64,000 nucleotides of DNA from Gemmatimonadaceae bacterium (GTDB taxonomy: Bacteria > Gemmatimonadota > Gemmatimonadetes > Gemmatimonadales > Gemmatimonadaceae), in contig JBGAJQ010000009.1 of assembly GCA_044224875.1 (NCBI GenBank), forward strand, positions 54,839-118,838. The letters run 5' to 3'. The notes under the pieces were generated by a model, which searched no databases, was not told the DNA's origin, and saw only the letters and a program-made list of their open reading frames with translations. The position numbers and the translations under genes were made by a program. Numbering within the stretch: the first letter of the stretch is position 1; the number at the start of each line of letters is the position of its first letter. Shown here piece after piece: positions 33,313-42,496 of the stretch.

Positions 33313-33357
33313 AAAAAGAAACCGCCGCATCCGATTCGTTGGAAACGGATGCGGCGG
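33313..33357 (-). terminator. Rho-independent terminator after the P5C dehydrogenase gene
   Basis: 12-bp stem CCGCCGCATCCG/CGGATGCGGCGG. The A-tract at 33313-33321 reads as a U-tract on the minus strand. Confidence 0.85.
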
Positions 33358-33383
33358 ATGTGTTCGACTGGTCCGGAGCGTGT

Positions 33384-35084
33384 CTACTCTTCGCCCATGA
33401 ACGGATACTTGTGGTCCGTCGGCGGAACGAACGTCTCCTTGATGCTTCGCTGACTGACCCAGCGCAGCAGGTTCAACTTCGAGCCCGCCTTGTCGTTCGT
33501 ACCCGATGCACGCGCTCCACCGAACGGCTGCTGGCCCACCACCGCTCCCGTGGGCTTGTCGTTCACATAGAAGTTGCCGGCGGCATTGCGAAGGGTGATC
33601 ATCGCGTCGCGCACACCTTGCCGGTCCTTGGAGAAAATCGCGCCGGTAAGTGCATACGGTGACGTTGCGTCCACGGTCGCCAACGTCTCCATCCACTTGG
33701 CGTCGTCGTACACGAAGGTCGTCACGACGGGGCCAAAGATCTCCTCGCACATGAGGCGATAGTCGGCCGACGGCGCCTCGATCAGCGTGGGTTCGATGAA
33801 GTAGCCTTCGTCGCCCTTGGCACCCCCACCGGCAAGCACGCGAGCGTTCTTCTTCGCATCGCCGAGATACTCGCTGATCTTGTCGAACGCCTTCTTGTCG
33901 ATGACGGCGGACATGAAGTTGCGGAAGTCGCGTGGGTCGCCCATGCGAATCTCCTTCATGATCGCCGTGGTGCGATCGCGCACTTCGCTCCACATGGACT
34001 TCGGCACGTACACGCGGCTGGCCGCGGAGCACTTCTGTCCCTGGTACTCGAACCCACCGCGCGCGATCGCCACGGCCACGGCTGTTGGATCTGCCGACGG
34101 ATGCGCAACGATGAAGTCCTTTCCGCCTGTCTCACCAACGATGCGCGGATAGGTACGATACCGTCCCATGTTCGCGCCAATCGTCTTCCACATACCGTTG
34201 AAGACGCCGGTGCTACCGGTGAAGTGCACGCCGGCCAAGTCACGATGCGAGAGCAGCTGGTCCGAGATCATTGACGAGTCGCCGGGGACAAAGTTGATGA
34301 CGCCCGGCGGCAGCCCCGCTTCTTCCAGCAGCTTAAACACGTAGTAGCCCGCCAACATCGCGGTCGCGGCCGGCTTCCAGATCACCGTGTTGCCCATCAT
34401 GGCCGGCGTGCCCGCCAGGTTCCCGCCGATGGCCGTGAAGTTGAACGGCGAGATGGCGTAGATGAAACCTTCCAACGGGCGATGGTCCGTCATGTTCCAG
34501 ATGCCCGGGCTGGACGCCGGCTGCTCGGCGTACAGCTCCTGCGCGAACTGGGCGTTCACTCGGTAGAAGTCGATCAGCTCGCACGCGGCATCGATCTCGG
34601 CCTGGAAGACCGTCTTCGACTGGCCGAGCATCGTGGCGGCGTTCAGTGTGTCGCGCCACGTGGTAGCCAGCAACTCGGCGGCACGAAGAAACACGGCGAC
34701 TCGATCTTCCCATGGCCAATTCGCCCACTCGCGCCGCGCTTCCGCGGCCGCGGCGATTGCCATCTGCACGTGCTCTGGCGTCGCCTTGTGATAGTCGGCC
34801 AGCACGTGCGAGTGCTTGTGCGGCATCACCGAATGGCCGAGTTCTCCCGACCGATATTCCTTCCCGCCGATGACGATGGGAATCTCGACCCGTTCGCTGG
34901 CCATGGAAGCCAAGCGGGCCTTGAGCGACGTTTTTTCTGGTGAGCCCGGTGCATACGACTTGATGGGCTCATTGTAGGCGGCTGGAACGCGTCGAACGCC
35001 GTTAAAGCCGGGGAGACCAAGAGAGGCGGAGGCGGGAGTTCCGCCCGTCTGAGTGGTCGCGGAACGATCTGCCGTGGTGGCCAT
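33384..35084 (-). CDS. pruA: L-glutamate gamma-semialdehyde (P5C) dehydrogenase
   Basis: NEPIKSYAPGS, QAEIDAACELIDF, FTGST, GETGGKDF, EYQGQKCSA, GTNDKAGS. Confidence 0.93.
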   Translation of the reverse strand: MATTADRSATTQTGGTPASASLGLPGFNGVRRVPAAYNEPIKSYAPGSPEKTSLKARLASMASERVEIPIVIGGKEYRSGELGHSVMPHKHSHVLADYHKATPEHVQMAIAAAAEARREWANWPWEDRVAVFLRAAELLATTWRDTLNAATMLGQSKTVFQAEIDAACELIDFYRVNAQFAQELYAEQPASSPGIWNMTDHRPLEGFIYAISPFNFTAIGGNLAGTPAMMGNTVIWKPAATAMLAGYYVFKLLEEAGLPPGVINFVPGDSSMISDQLLSHRDLAGVHFTGSTGVFNGMWKTIGANMGRYRTYPRIVGETGGKDFIVAHPSADPTAVAVAIARGGFEYQGQKCSAASRVYVPKSMWSEVRDRTTAIMKEIRMGDPRDFRNFMSAVIDKKAFDKISEYLGDAKKNARVLAGGGAKGDEGYFIEPTLIEAPSADYRLMCEEIFGPVVTTFVYDDAKWMETLATVDATSPYALTGAIFSKDRQGVRDAMITLRNAAGNFYVNDKPTGAVVGQQPFGGARASGTNDKAGSKLNLLRWVSQRSIKETFVPPTDHKYPFMGEE

Positions 35085-35276
35085 AGAGGCAGTGACTGGA
35101 GGAACGGGCAAAAGGAGGGACCTTCAATCTAGCCCGCGCGCTCCCGGCACTCCATGACCGAGTTCCGCGGAGATGGCGGCCCGATGACCGCGACCTCCCG
35201 AAACGCGGCGACCTTGACGGGGGTACGCCGCGGGCGAGTGTTTCAAAAGCACGTGAACCCGACTTCCGAGGCCTGA

Positions 35277-37919
35277 ATGCGTCGCTTTCCCCTGAGTTTC
35301 CTGTCCGCCGTCCTCCTCCCCCTTTTGGCTGCCTGTGGAGGCGGTGGTGGGGAAAGCTCAGGCCCAGCCAAAGTCGTGTCGGTAACAGTTTCGCTAACGT
35401 CGTCGCAAGTCGAGGTCGGCTCATCGACCAGCGCCGTTGTGCAGTACTTCGACTCCAAGCAGAACGCCCTCAGCGGTCGGACGGTCTCCTACAGCTCGTC
35501 GGCGACGGCGGTGGCGACGGTAGATAACAACGGCACGGTGCTGGGGGTCACTCCGGGATCTGCCTCGATTACCGCGACCGTTGACGGAGTCAGCGGCGCC
35601 TCGACGCTGACGATTACGCCGGCGGCGGTGGCCACGGTGATCATCAATCAGCGGACTCCGGTCGTGAAGGAGAGCGAGACGCTGACGTTGACGGCCACCA
35701 CGCTTGACCGTGTGGGGCAGGCGCTGACGGGCCGAACGGTCGCGTGGTCTTCGGCGAATCCCACACGGGCGACGGTGACAAACGCCGGTGTGGTGTCGGG
35801 TGTTGCGGCTGGCTCGGTCTACATTCGCGCAACGAGCGAGGGGAAGGCCGACAGCGTGTTGCTGAAGGTGAAGGGCCTCAACGCGCCGGTCATCACCGGA
35901 GGAGCGCCGACGTCCCTGGTTCCCGGAGCATCCGCCACGATTACCGGCAGCAACTTTGGTGCGACGCCTAACGACAACGAATTGTACGTGAATGGCGTGC
36001 GAGCCACCATCACCGCGGCTTCCGCGACCTCGCTCACCTACACCGTGCCGTCCAGCGACGTCCTGCCATGCGTCCCGAACGACGCCTCGGTACCGGTGGT
36101 GTTGGTGGCGAACGCGGACTCGGCTACGGCCACGCGAGCAGTTCGCATGGCGGTCACACGCACGTTGGCCGTTGGGCAGGCCGTGATTCTGACTACCCCG
36201 GCCGACCTTGCGTGCGCGGAGTACGCTGGGAGCGGTGGCAAGTACCTGGTGACGGCGTTCAACTTTGCCACCACGCCACTGAACAAGCAGTCGTTCCAGT
36301 TGGTAGGTGCGGAGAATGGCTCCAACCTCGCCGCCTTGTCGTCAGCCTCACCAGCGCTACTGAGCGCCGCGCAATCGGCGATAGACGTGCAGGCGTCATC
36401 TCCGAAGATGCAGATCCCGGCGATCCTGCAGCGCCATTTGGCGAATCACCTGTCGTTGATGCAGCGCGAGGCCAGGATCACCGGCGCTCGCCGTCCGGCG
36501 CATGAGATCTGGCAGGCGCGTCGCGCGCGGACAGCCAACGAGGCCTTCCGCGCCTCGGCCGCCGCGGCGCCTACTGGACCAAAGCCGCCGCCGGCGCTCA
36601 ACTCGATGAAGTCGTTCCGGATGTGCCCGGAAAACGGCACCTCCATTTCGTTCTGCGATCAGTGGCAGGAAGTGCGTGCGCGAGCCGTGTACGTCGGTCC
36701 AAAGATGGTGATCTACGAGGATTCGCTGGCGCCATTGGCTGGCCAGATGGACACGCACTACCAGAAGATCGGCGCTGAGTTCGACCAGAACATGTATTCC
36801 ATTCTGGAGAACTTCGGGCGTCCGCTGGCCGCGGATACGGATCTTCAGTGGAACGGGAAGATCATCGCGCTCTTTACCAAGCGAGTGAACCAGTATCGTG
36901 GCGGCGGCATCCTGGGATTCGTCACGGCGTGTGATTTCTTCCCGCAATCCGACCCGGATCCGAACGCCGCCTGTCCGAGCTCAAACGAAGGCTCGTACTT
37001 CTATGCGATCGTTCCCGATCCCAACAACACGGACGCGAACGCGCGCATTAGCGAGAGCACGTGGGACCGGTATGTTCGCGGGACGCTGATCCACGAAGCC
37101 AAGCATATTACGGCCGTTTCGGAGCGCTACGTCCACGACGCGGCTCGCGCGTTCGACGACGCGTGGGTGGAAGAAGCCACCGCGCAGGAGGCGAGCGAGA
37201 TCTGGTCGCGCAGTGTATATGGCGGGCGATCTGCCAAGTCCGACATCCAATGGAGCGATGGGCCCCAGTGCGACTACGCGCAGCAGAACGCGACCTGTGT
37301 GGACCCCGTCGAGGGGATCCTGCACCATTTCAACTTCCTCTACACCCATTACATCGCCAGCGAATCGAAGTCGATCATCAGCGACCCCACGTCGCCGATT
37401 CCCGACGCGGTGATCTACGGTAGCTCGTGGTCATTCCTGCGATACGTTACGGACCTCATGCCGAGTGAGGGGGACTTCCTGCGTTCAATCACCCAGGTGA
37501 AGAACGATGCGGGAGTGACGAACATCGTCACGCATTCGGGAAAGACATTCGATGAGTTGTTAGGCGGCTTCTCCCTGGCATCGCTGGCGGACAACTATCC
37601 GTCCGCGACGATCAACGACCAGCGGATCAAGCTGCAGAGCTGGAACACCCGAGACATCTTCGCCGGCATGAACCAGTTCCTGGTGGTTGGTAACCCACCG
37701 CGACCGGCCTTCCCGCGTGCCTGGCCAATGATGGTGCGGGCGGTTTCGTTCGGTAACTTCAGTGGCCTTCAGAGCCAGGTTGCCAATCTCCCTGGTGGGG
37801 GATGGGCGGCGTGGGAAGTGTCGGGTACGCAAGTCGCGCCGCAGGTGCTTTCGCTCCGCTCACCAACCGGCGGCACCCCGCCGGGGAACGTCGGCCTCGC
37901 CATCGTGCGCATCCAGTAG
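35277..37919 (+). CDS. Lipoprotein with Big_2 Ig-like and IPT/TIG domains and a C-terminal HExxH metallopeptidase-like domain
   Basis: Lipobox LLAAC, two Ig repeats (SSSATAVATVD / WSSANPTRATV), TITGSNFG, TLIHEAKH...WVEEATA. Confidence 0.75.
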   Translation: MRRFPLSFLSAVLLPLLAACGGGGGESSGPAKVVSVTVSLTSSQVEVGSSTSAVVQYFDSKQNALSGRTVSYSSSATAVATVDNNGTVLGVTPGSASITATVDGVSGASTLTITPAAVATVIINQRTPVVKESETLTLTATTLDRVGQALTGRTVAWSSANPTRATVTNAGVVSGVAAGSVYIRATSEGKADSVLLKVKGLNAPVITGGAPTSLVPGASATITGSNFGATPNDNELYVNGVRATITAASATSLTYTVPSSDVLPCVPNDASVPVVLVANADSATATRAVRMAVTRTLAVGQAVILTTPADLACAEYAGSGGKYLVTAFNFATTPLNKQSFQLVGAENGSNLAALSSASPALLSAAQSAIDVQASSPKMQIPAILQRHLANHLSLMQREARITGARRPAHEIWQARRARTANEAFRASAAAAPTGPKPPPALNSMKSFRMCPENGTSISFCDQWQEVRARAVYVGPKMVIYEDSLAPLAGQMDTHYQKIGAEFDQNMYSILENFGRPLAADTDLQWNGKIIALFTKRVNQYRGGGILGFVTACDFFPQSDPDPNAACPSSNEGSYFYAIVPDPNNTDANARISESTWDRYVRGTLIHEAKHITAVSERYVHDAARAFDDAWVEEATAQEASEIWSRSVYGGRSAKSDIQWSDGPQCDYAQQNATCVDPVEGILHHFNFLYTHYIASESKSIISDPTSPIPDAVIYGSSWSFLRYVTDLMPSEGDFLRSITQVKNDAGVTNIVTHSGKTFDELLGGFSLASLADNYPSATINDQRIKLQSWNTRDIFAGMNQFLVVGNPPRPAFPRAWPMMVRAVSFGNFSGLQSQVANLPGGGWAAWEVSGTQVAPQVLSLRSPTGGTPPGNVGLAIVRIQ

Positions 37920-37920
37920 C

Positions 37921-38193
37921 GTGAGGGACTTCATCCAGCTCTTTCGTTCCCTCACGCTGCGCCAGATCCTCGGGTTGCAGCTGGCGTGGGCGTCGTCGAT
38001 CGCGTTTGTCTTCTTCTTCACGACGTGGCTGAGCGAGCGTGGTCTCCACATCGCCAACCGGGACAACGTGGCGTTCTCGATGTCGTTGCGCTGGGAGCTG
38101 GGCGCCGTCCAGATTCTCTCCGTCATCGCGATCCTCGTGGCGCCGATGCTGCTCTGGGTGGTGGTGCGCGAACGACCACCGCGTAAGAAGTAG
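37921..38193 (+). CDS. Small two-TM hypothetical membrane protein
   Basis: GTG 1 nt after the upstream stop. Two hydrophobic segments and a basic C-terminus fill the gap before nfo. Confidence 0.5.
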   Translation: MRDFIQLFRSLTLRQILGLQLAWASSIAFVFFFTTWLSERGLHIANRDNVAFSMSLRWELGAVQILSVIAILVAPMLLWVVVRERPPRKK

Positions 38194-38228
38194 CACGCCC
38201 AAGGACCCCGGTCCTCTCGAGCCCTGAC

Positions 38229-39122
38229 ATGCCGCACTATTTCGGAGCCCACACCCGCGACACCGGCGGTATTCACATGGCCGTCCGCCGTGCTGCGCGC
38301 GGAGACATGCGCGCACTGCAGTTCTTCTCCGCGCCGCCGCAATACTACGGTGACAAGGTCTCCGTGAAGAAGGAACGCGCCGAGCGTTTCAGGGCAGCCG
38401 TGCAGGAGACCGCGCTGGACCCGCGATTCATCATGATTCACGCGGCGTACGTGCTGAACACGGCGTCGCCTGAGTCGGACAAGTACCTGCGCGCCACGGG
38501 CGGCTTGGCCAAGGAGTTGGAGCGCAGCACACTCCTCGGCGTCATGGGCTTCTGCTTCCATCCGGGGTCCGCAGGATCATCGGATCCTGACGCGGCCATT
38601 GCGCGCATTGCGGACGCGATCACGCTGGCTCTGGAGTCCACCAAGGGCGCCACGAAGGTGTTGATTGAGAACACGGCGGGAGCCGGCCGGACCATGGGTC
38701 GCACGGCAGAGGAGGTCGCCGCCATGCTCGCACGAATTCCCGCTCACCTGCGCGCTCGGGCGGGATACGGCCTGGACACGTGCCACCTGTATGCGAGTGG
38801 GCACGACATCACCGCCTCGGCCGCGGCGTTCAGTGGCATCATCGATCGATTCTGCGACGCCACCGGTGAGAAGCCGTCGTTCTTTCACCTCAACGACTCC
38901 GAAGGCGCCCTCGGCTCAAACCGCGATCGACATGCACTGATCGGCGAGGGGGCGATTGGTGTGGAGCCATTCCGATGGTTGTTGGCCGATGCGCGGTCGC
39001 AGGATGTGCCGTTGGTGCTGGAGACGCCGCACGCCGATGAGGAGCGTGCCGAGGACGACGACACCCCGGATCCTCTCGACGTGCGAATGGTGAGGTTGCT
39101 GGAGTCGCTGGTCGCAGGCTAG
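38229..39122 (+). CDS. nfo: Endonuclease IV (AP endonuclease family 2)
   Basis: FGAH, HAAYVLNTAS, FHPGS, IENTAG, LDTCHLYASG, HLNDS, DRHALIGEG, LETP. Confidence 0.92.
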   Translation: MPHYFGAHTRDTGGIHMAVRRAARGDMRALQFFSAPPQYYGDKVSVKKERAERFRAAVQETALDPRFIMIHAAYVLNTASPESDKYLRATGGLAKELERSTLLGVMGFCFHPGSAGSSDPDAAIARIADAITLALESTKGATKVLIENTAGAGRTMGRTAEEVAAMLARIPAHLRARAGYGLDTCHLYASGHDITASAAAFSGIIDRFCDATGEKPSFFHLNDSEGALGSNRDRHALIGEGAIGVEPFRWLLADARSQDVPLVLETPHADEERAEDDDTPDPLDVRMVRLLESLVAG

Positions 39123-39355
39123 AGTAGTCTGACGGGTGCGATCGGAATTGGTGCGCTCCCTCCACGCCCACCGTTTGGCCTGACGGTACCCATCACGTGG
39201 TGTGATTCGTCGTTCGCGGCAGAGCTCGCCCCGTCGCAATACTCGGTGCATTCACCTCCGTTGTGTTTCTTTCCGCAATGACCATGAGCAGACCCAGTGC
39301 AGTCTCCGATGGCGTTGGACAGCACGGCTTCCTCCCAGGTAAGCGAGGAGCCTTG

Positions 39356-40918
39356 TTGCGCCGAGTCGCGGTCGCCACGTTCCTGTCGGCCTCGACGGCG
39401 GCAGCCCAGCAGCGCGACGCCATCCTGCTCCTGCAGAACAGCGACACCTTCTCGATCGAGCGATTCTCGCGGACGCGTTCGAGGTTGGAAAGCGAGATGG
39501 TAGTCAAGCCGGCAGGGATGCGGATCAACCTGACGGCGACGCTCGGCGCGAAGGGCGTCGACTCGGCCTCCATGGCGGTTCGTCAGGCGTCCGCGGACAA
39601 GAGCGCGCCCCCCTTGCAGGCCGCGACAGTGCGCTTTCAGGACGACAGCGTGTTCGTCGATGTGTCCGGTGCGGCCGCCAGGCCTACCCAGCGAATCGGC
39701 TCGAAGCGTGGCGCGATTCCCTTCCTGAACCCGTCGTTTGGACTGGTGGAGCTGGCGATTGCCCGGGCGCGTTCGCTCGGAGGCGATACTGCCAGCGTGC
39801 CGCTGTTCATGCTGCAGGGCGGAGGCACCGTCCTGGTGAAGGTGACCCGGCTCGGGCGTGATTCGGTCGTTGTCGACTTCACCAATGTCGTGGCCAGGCT
39901 TGCCGTGAGCTCAAACGACGAGATTGTCGGTGGGGTGATTCCGGCGCAGAACCTGCGCCTCGTGCGTGTGCGTGGCGCGAGTGAGGCGGGGATGGCAGTG
40001 GCCAAGCCCGACTATCGCGCTCCTGCCGGCGCGCCCTACACGGCGATTGACGTGACGGTACCGACGCCGATGGGTCACACACTGGCGGGAACGCTCACCC
40101 TGCCGCGCAACGCCAAGGGACGCGTCCCAGCGATCGTCACCATCACGGGAAGCGGACAGGAGGATCGCGACGAGTCGATCCCGATCGTGAAGGGTTATCG
40201 CCCGTTTCGGGAGATCGCCGACACGCTGGCCTACCATGGCATCGCCGTGCTTCGAATGGATGACCGCGGTTTTGGTGAGTCCGGCGGAGACGCGTCAAAG
40301 GCAACGAGCGCCGATTTCGCCGACGACATTCGTGCTGGCTTGGCTTTCCTCCGGGCACGGGCGGACATCGACGGGGGACGGTTGGGCCTGATCGGGCACA
40401 GTGAAGGCGGGTTGATCGCGCCAATGGTGGCGGCGAACGATGGCGCCCTCCGGGGCATTGTGCTGATGGCAGGACCGTCCAAGACGGGTCGTGTGATCTT
40501 GGAGTATCAGCAACGCAACGCGATCGACCACGATACGTCGCTCACCGGGGCCAAGCGCGATTCTGCACTGAGGCGGATGTCGGTGATCACCGATTCGCTG
40601 GGGGCGGCGATGCCGTGGATGCGCTTCTTCCTCGACTACGATCCGCTCGTCACGGCACGCAAGGTCACCGTCCCAACGTTGATCCTGCAGGGCATGACGG
40701 ATCAGCAGGTGACGCGCGACCAGGCGGAATCGCTCGCGCGCGCCCTCCGCGAGGGAGGCAACGGTCGGGTGACGGTGCGTCTCTTCCCAGAGGCAAATCA
40801 CCTGTTCGTGCAGGATCCCGATGGCAATCCAGCGAAATACTCGACCCTGCCGAGTGGTGCGTTGCGACGTGACGTGAAGGGCGCACTTGTCGATTGGCTT
40901 GTCGCCCGAATGCGCTGA
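39356..40918 (+). CDS. Secreted alpha/beta-fold serine hydrolase
   Basis: LAGTLTLP, TGSGQEDRDE, DDRGFGES, GHSEGG nucleophile, QGMTDQQV, NHLF. GAGGAG RBS favours TTG 39353 or 39356, giving a signal peptide. Confidence 0.85.
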   Translation: MRRVAVATFLSASTAAAQQRDAILLLQNSDTFSIERFSRTRSRLESEMVVKPAGMRINLTATLGAKGVDSASMAVRQASADKSAPPLQAATVRFQDDSVFVDVSGAAARPTQRIGSKRGAIPFLNPSFGLVELAIARARSLGGDTASVPLFMLQGGGTVLVKVTRLGRDSVVVDFTNVVARLAVSSNDEIVGGVIPAQNLRLVRVRGASEAGMAVAKPDYRAPAGAPYTAIDVTVPTPMGHTLAGTLTLPRNAKGRVPAIVTITGSGQEDRDESIPIVKGYRPFREIADTLAYHGIAVLRMDDRGFGESGGDASKATSADFADDIRAGLAFLRARADIDGGRLGLIGHSEGGLIAPMVAANDGALRGIVLMAGPSKTGRVILEYQQRNAIDHDTSLTGAKRDSALRRMSVITDSLGAAMPWMRFFLDYDPLVTARKVTVPTLILQGMTDQQVTRDQAESLARALREGGNGRVTVRLFPEANHLFVQDPDGNPAKYSTLPSGALRRDVKGALVDWLVARMR

Positions 40919-40950
40919 TTCCCAGAGGAAATTCGAACTTCTGAGAAGAA

Positions 40951-40983
40951 AATGGGCCGTTTTCTCTGGGAAAACGGCCCATT
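40951..40983. repeat. 14-bp perfect inverted repeat (terminator or operator)
   Basis: AATGGGCCGTTTTC-TCTGG-GAAAACGGCCCATT between the hydrolase and SWIB genes. Confidence 0.7.
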
Positions 40984-40988
40984 CCCTA

Positions 40989-41016
40989 TTGCATCGTGAG
41001 CAAGTGATTTTATCTT
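40989..41016 (+). promoter_or_regulatory. Possible sigma70 promoter for the SWIB gene
   Basis: TTGCAT-N16-TATCTT in an AT-rich patch. Pattern match only. Confidence 0.35.
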
Positions 41017-41083
41017 GCGCGGCGTCGTAATCGTGTTTCTCCCAGAGAGAAAATCGCGTCGACCACCTTTCAGGAGACTACTG

Positions 41084-41434
41084 ATGGCCGCTAAGAAGAA
41101 GGCCGCGAAGAAGACCGCGAAGAAAGCCGCAGCAAAGAAGACCGTGAAGAAGGCCGCGAAGCCGGCGGCGAAGAAGTCGAAGAGAAAGCCGAATGCCGCG
41201 TTCATGAAGCCCATGACGCCGTCGGCCGCCCTCGGTGCCGTGATCGGCGCTGGCAACATGCCGCGCTCCGAAGTCACGAAGAAGATCTGGGCCTATATCA
41301 AGAAGAACAACCTCCAGGACCAGAAGAACAAGCGCAACATCAACGCCGACGACAAGCTGAAGGCTGTCTTTGGCGGCAAGTCCACGGTCAACATGTTCGA
41401 GATGACCAAGCTGGTGAACAAGCACCTGAAGTAG
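41084..41434 (+). CDS. SWIB/MDM2-domain protein with Lys/Ala-rich histone-H1-like N-terminus
   Basis: AGGAGA RBS. AAKKKAAKKTAKK.. repeats, then PNAAFMKP..MPRSEVTKKIWAYIKKNNLQD..MFEMTKLVNKHL. Confidence 0.92.
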   Translation: MAAKKKAAKKTAKKAAAKKTVKKAAKPAAKKSKRKPNAAFMKPMTPSAALGAVIGAGNMPRSEVTKKIWAYIKKNNLQDQKNKRNINADDKLKAVFGGKSTVNMFEMTKLVNKHLK

Positions 41435-41454
41435 GCTCGAACATCCCAACGAAG

Positions 41455-41486
41455 AGAGGCGCGTTCCCATGGGGGCGCGCCTCTTC
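41455..41486 (+). terminator. Hairpin after the SWIB gene
   Basis: AGAGGCGCG...CGCGCCTCT stem with only a weak T tail. Confidence 0.5.
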
Positions 41487-41614
41487 GCGTCTCCCTATTC
41501 ACCGTTCCCCTGCAACATCGCCGGGCGGCGGACGTAGTTATTTTCCCTCGCACGCGCGGGTGATCGGAAGGATCCGCGCGAACAACGCCAGACCCTTACC
41601 CGTCGATTCCAGCC

Positions 41615-42409
41615 GTGGCCAAGCGTTCGAAGAAGCCAAAGAAGCCGCAAAACGTCGTGGCCGCCGCGAGGTCGGGATCGCGCCCGAAGTCAGCGAACTC
41701 CGTCTCGCTCTGGGAAAACATCAAGGGCCTGGGAAGCGCGCTCCTCATCTTCCTCTTCATTCGCGCGTTTCTTTTTGAAGCGTATCGCATTCCGTCCGGC
41801 AGCATGATTCCCACGCTGCTCATCGGTGACTGGCTGTTCGTGAACAAGCTCGCCTACGGCCCCAACATCCCGTTCACCTCGATCAACCTTCCGGGTTACA
41901 CGGAGCCCAAGCGGTACGAAGTCGTCGTTTTCAAGTCGCCCAATCAGATCGATCAACCGGAGGATCCAAATCCGACGCTGGTCAAGCGACTGGTGGGAAT
42001 GCCCGGTGACACGATCTACATGCGGGACGCCAAGCTCTTCGTGAATGGCATCGAACAACGGCAGGGTTACGGCGACAAGTCGGAGCCCGGCGATCCGAAT
42101 GAAACGAATCCACTCTTCGTCTGGCAGAAACAGTACGCGCTGACGACATCGCGTTTTGGACCGGCGCCGGCACAACCCACGCACGACAACTGGGGACCCC
42201 TGCTGATACCGGCCAAGCACTACTTCATGATGGGCGACAATCGCTATCAGTCCAAGGACAGTCGCTATTGGGGGTTGGTGCCTCGCGACAACATTCGAGG
42301 TCGGCCCACGTTCGTGTACTACAGCTGGAACGATTGGGGCGAACGTCCCCTGTTCCCCGGCATGATCACTGACATTCGGTGGCGCCGGATTGGCGACTGG
42401 ATCCGATAG
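41615..42409 (+). CDS. lepB: Signal peptidase I
   Basis: IPSGSMIPTLLIGD (Ser), LVKRLVGMPGD (Lys), MMGDNR..SKDSRYWG. Confidence 0.95.
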   Translation: MAKRSKKPKKPQNVVAAARSGSRPKSANSVSLWENIKGLGSALLIFLFIRAFLFEAYRIPSGSMIPTLLIGDWLFVNKLAYGPNIPFTSINLPGYTEPKRYEVVVFKSPNQIDQPEDPNPTLVKRLVGMPGDTIYMRDAKLFVNGIEQRQGYGDKSEPGDPNETNPLFVWQKQYALTTSRFGPAPAQPTHDNWGPLLIPAKHYFMMGDNRYQSKDSRYWGLVPRDNIRGRPTFVYYSWNDWGERPLFPGMITDIRWRRIGDWIR

Positions 42410-42496
42410 CCGACTCTTGTTCTGGTAGCCTCCGGGGGCGCACTGTATCCGCAGTCGAGTCGAAGCCTAGTCGGCACCTCCCTCCGGATACCACCC

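Noticed and set aside
41084..41190. AAGAAG-rich repeats as a tandem repeat or CRISPR
   Set aside because: They simply encode Lys/Ala repeats. No repeat-spacer array or cas gene was seen in the window.
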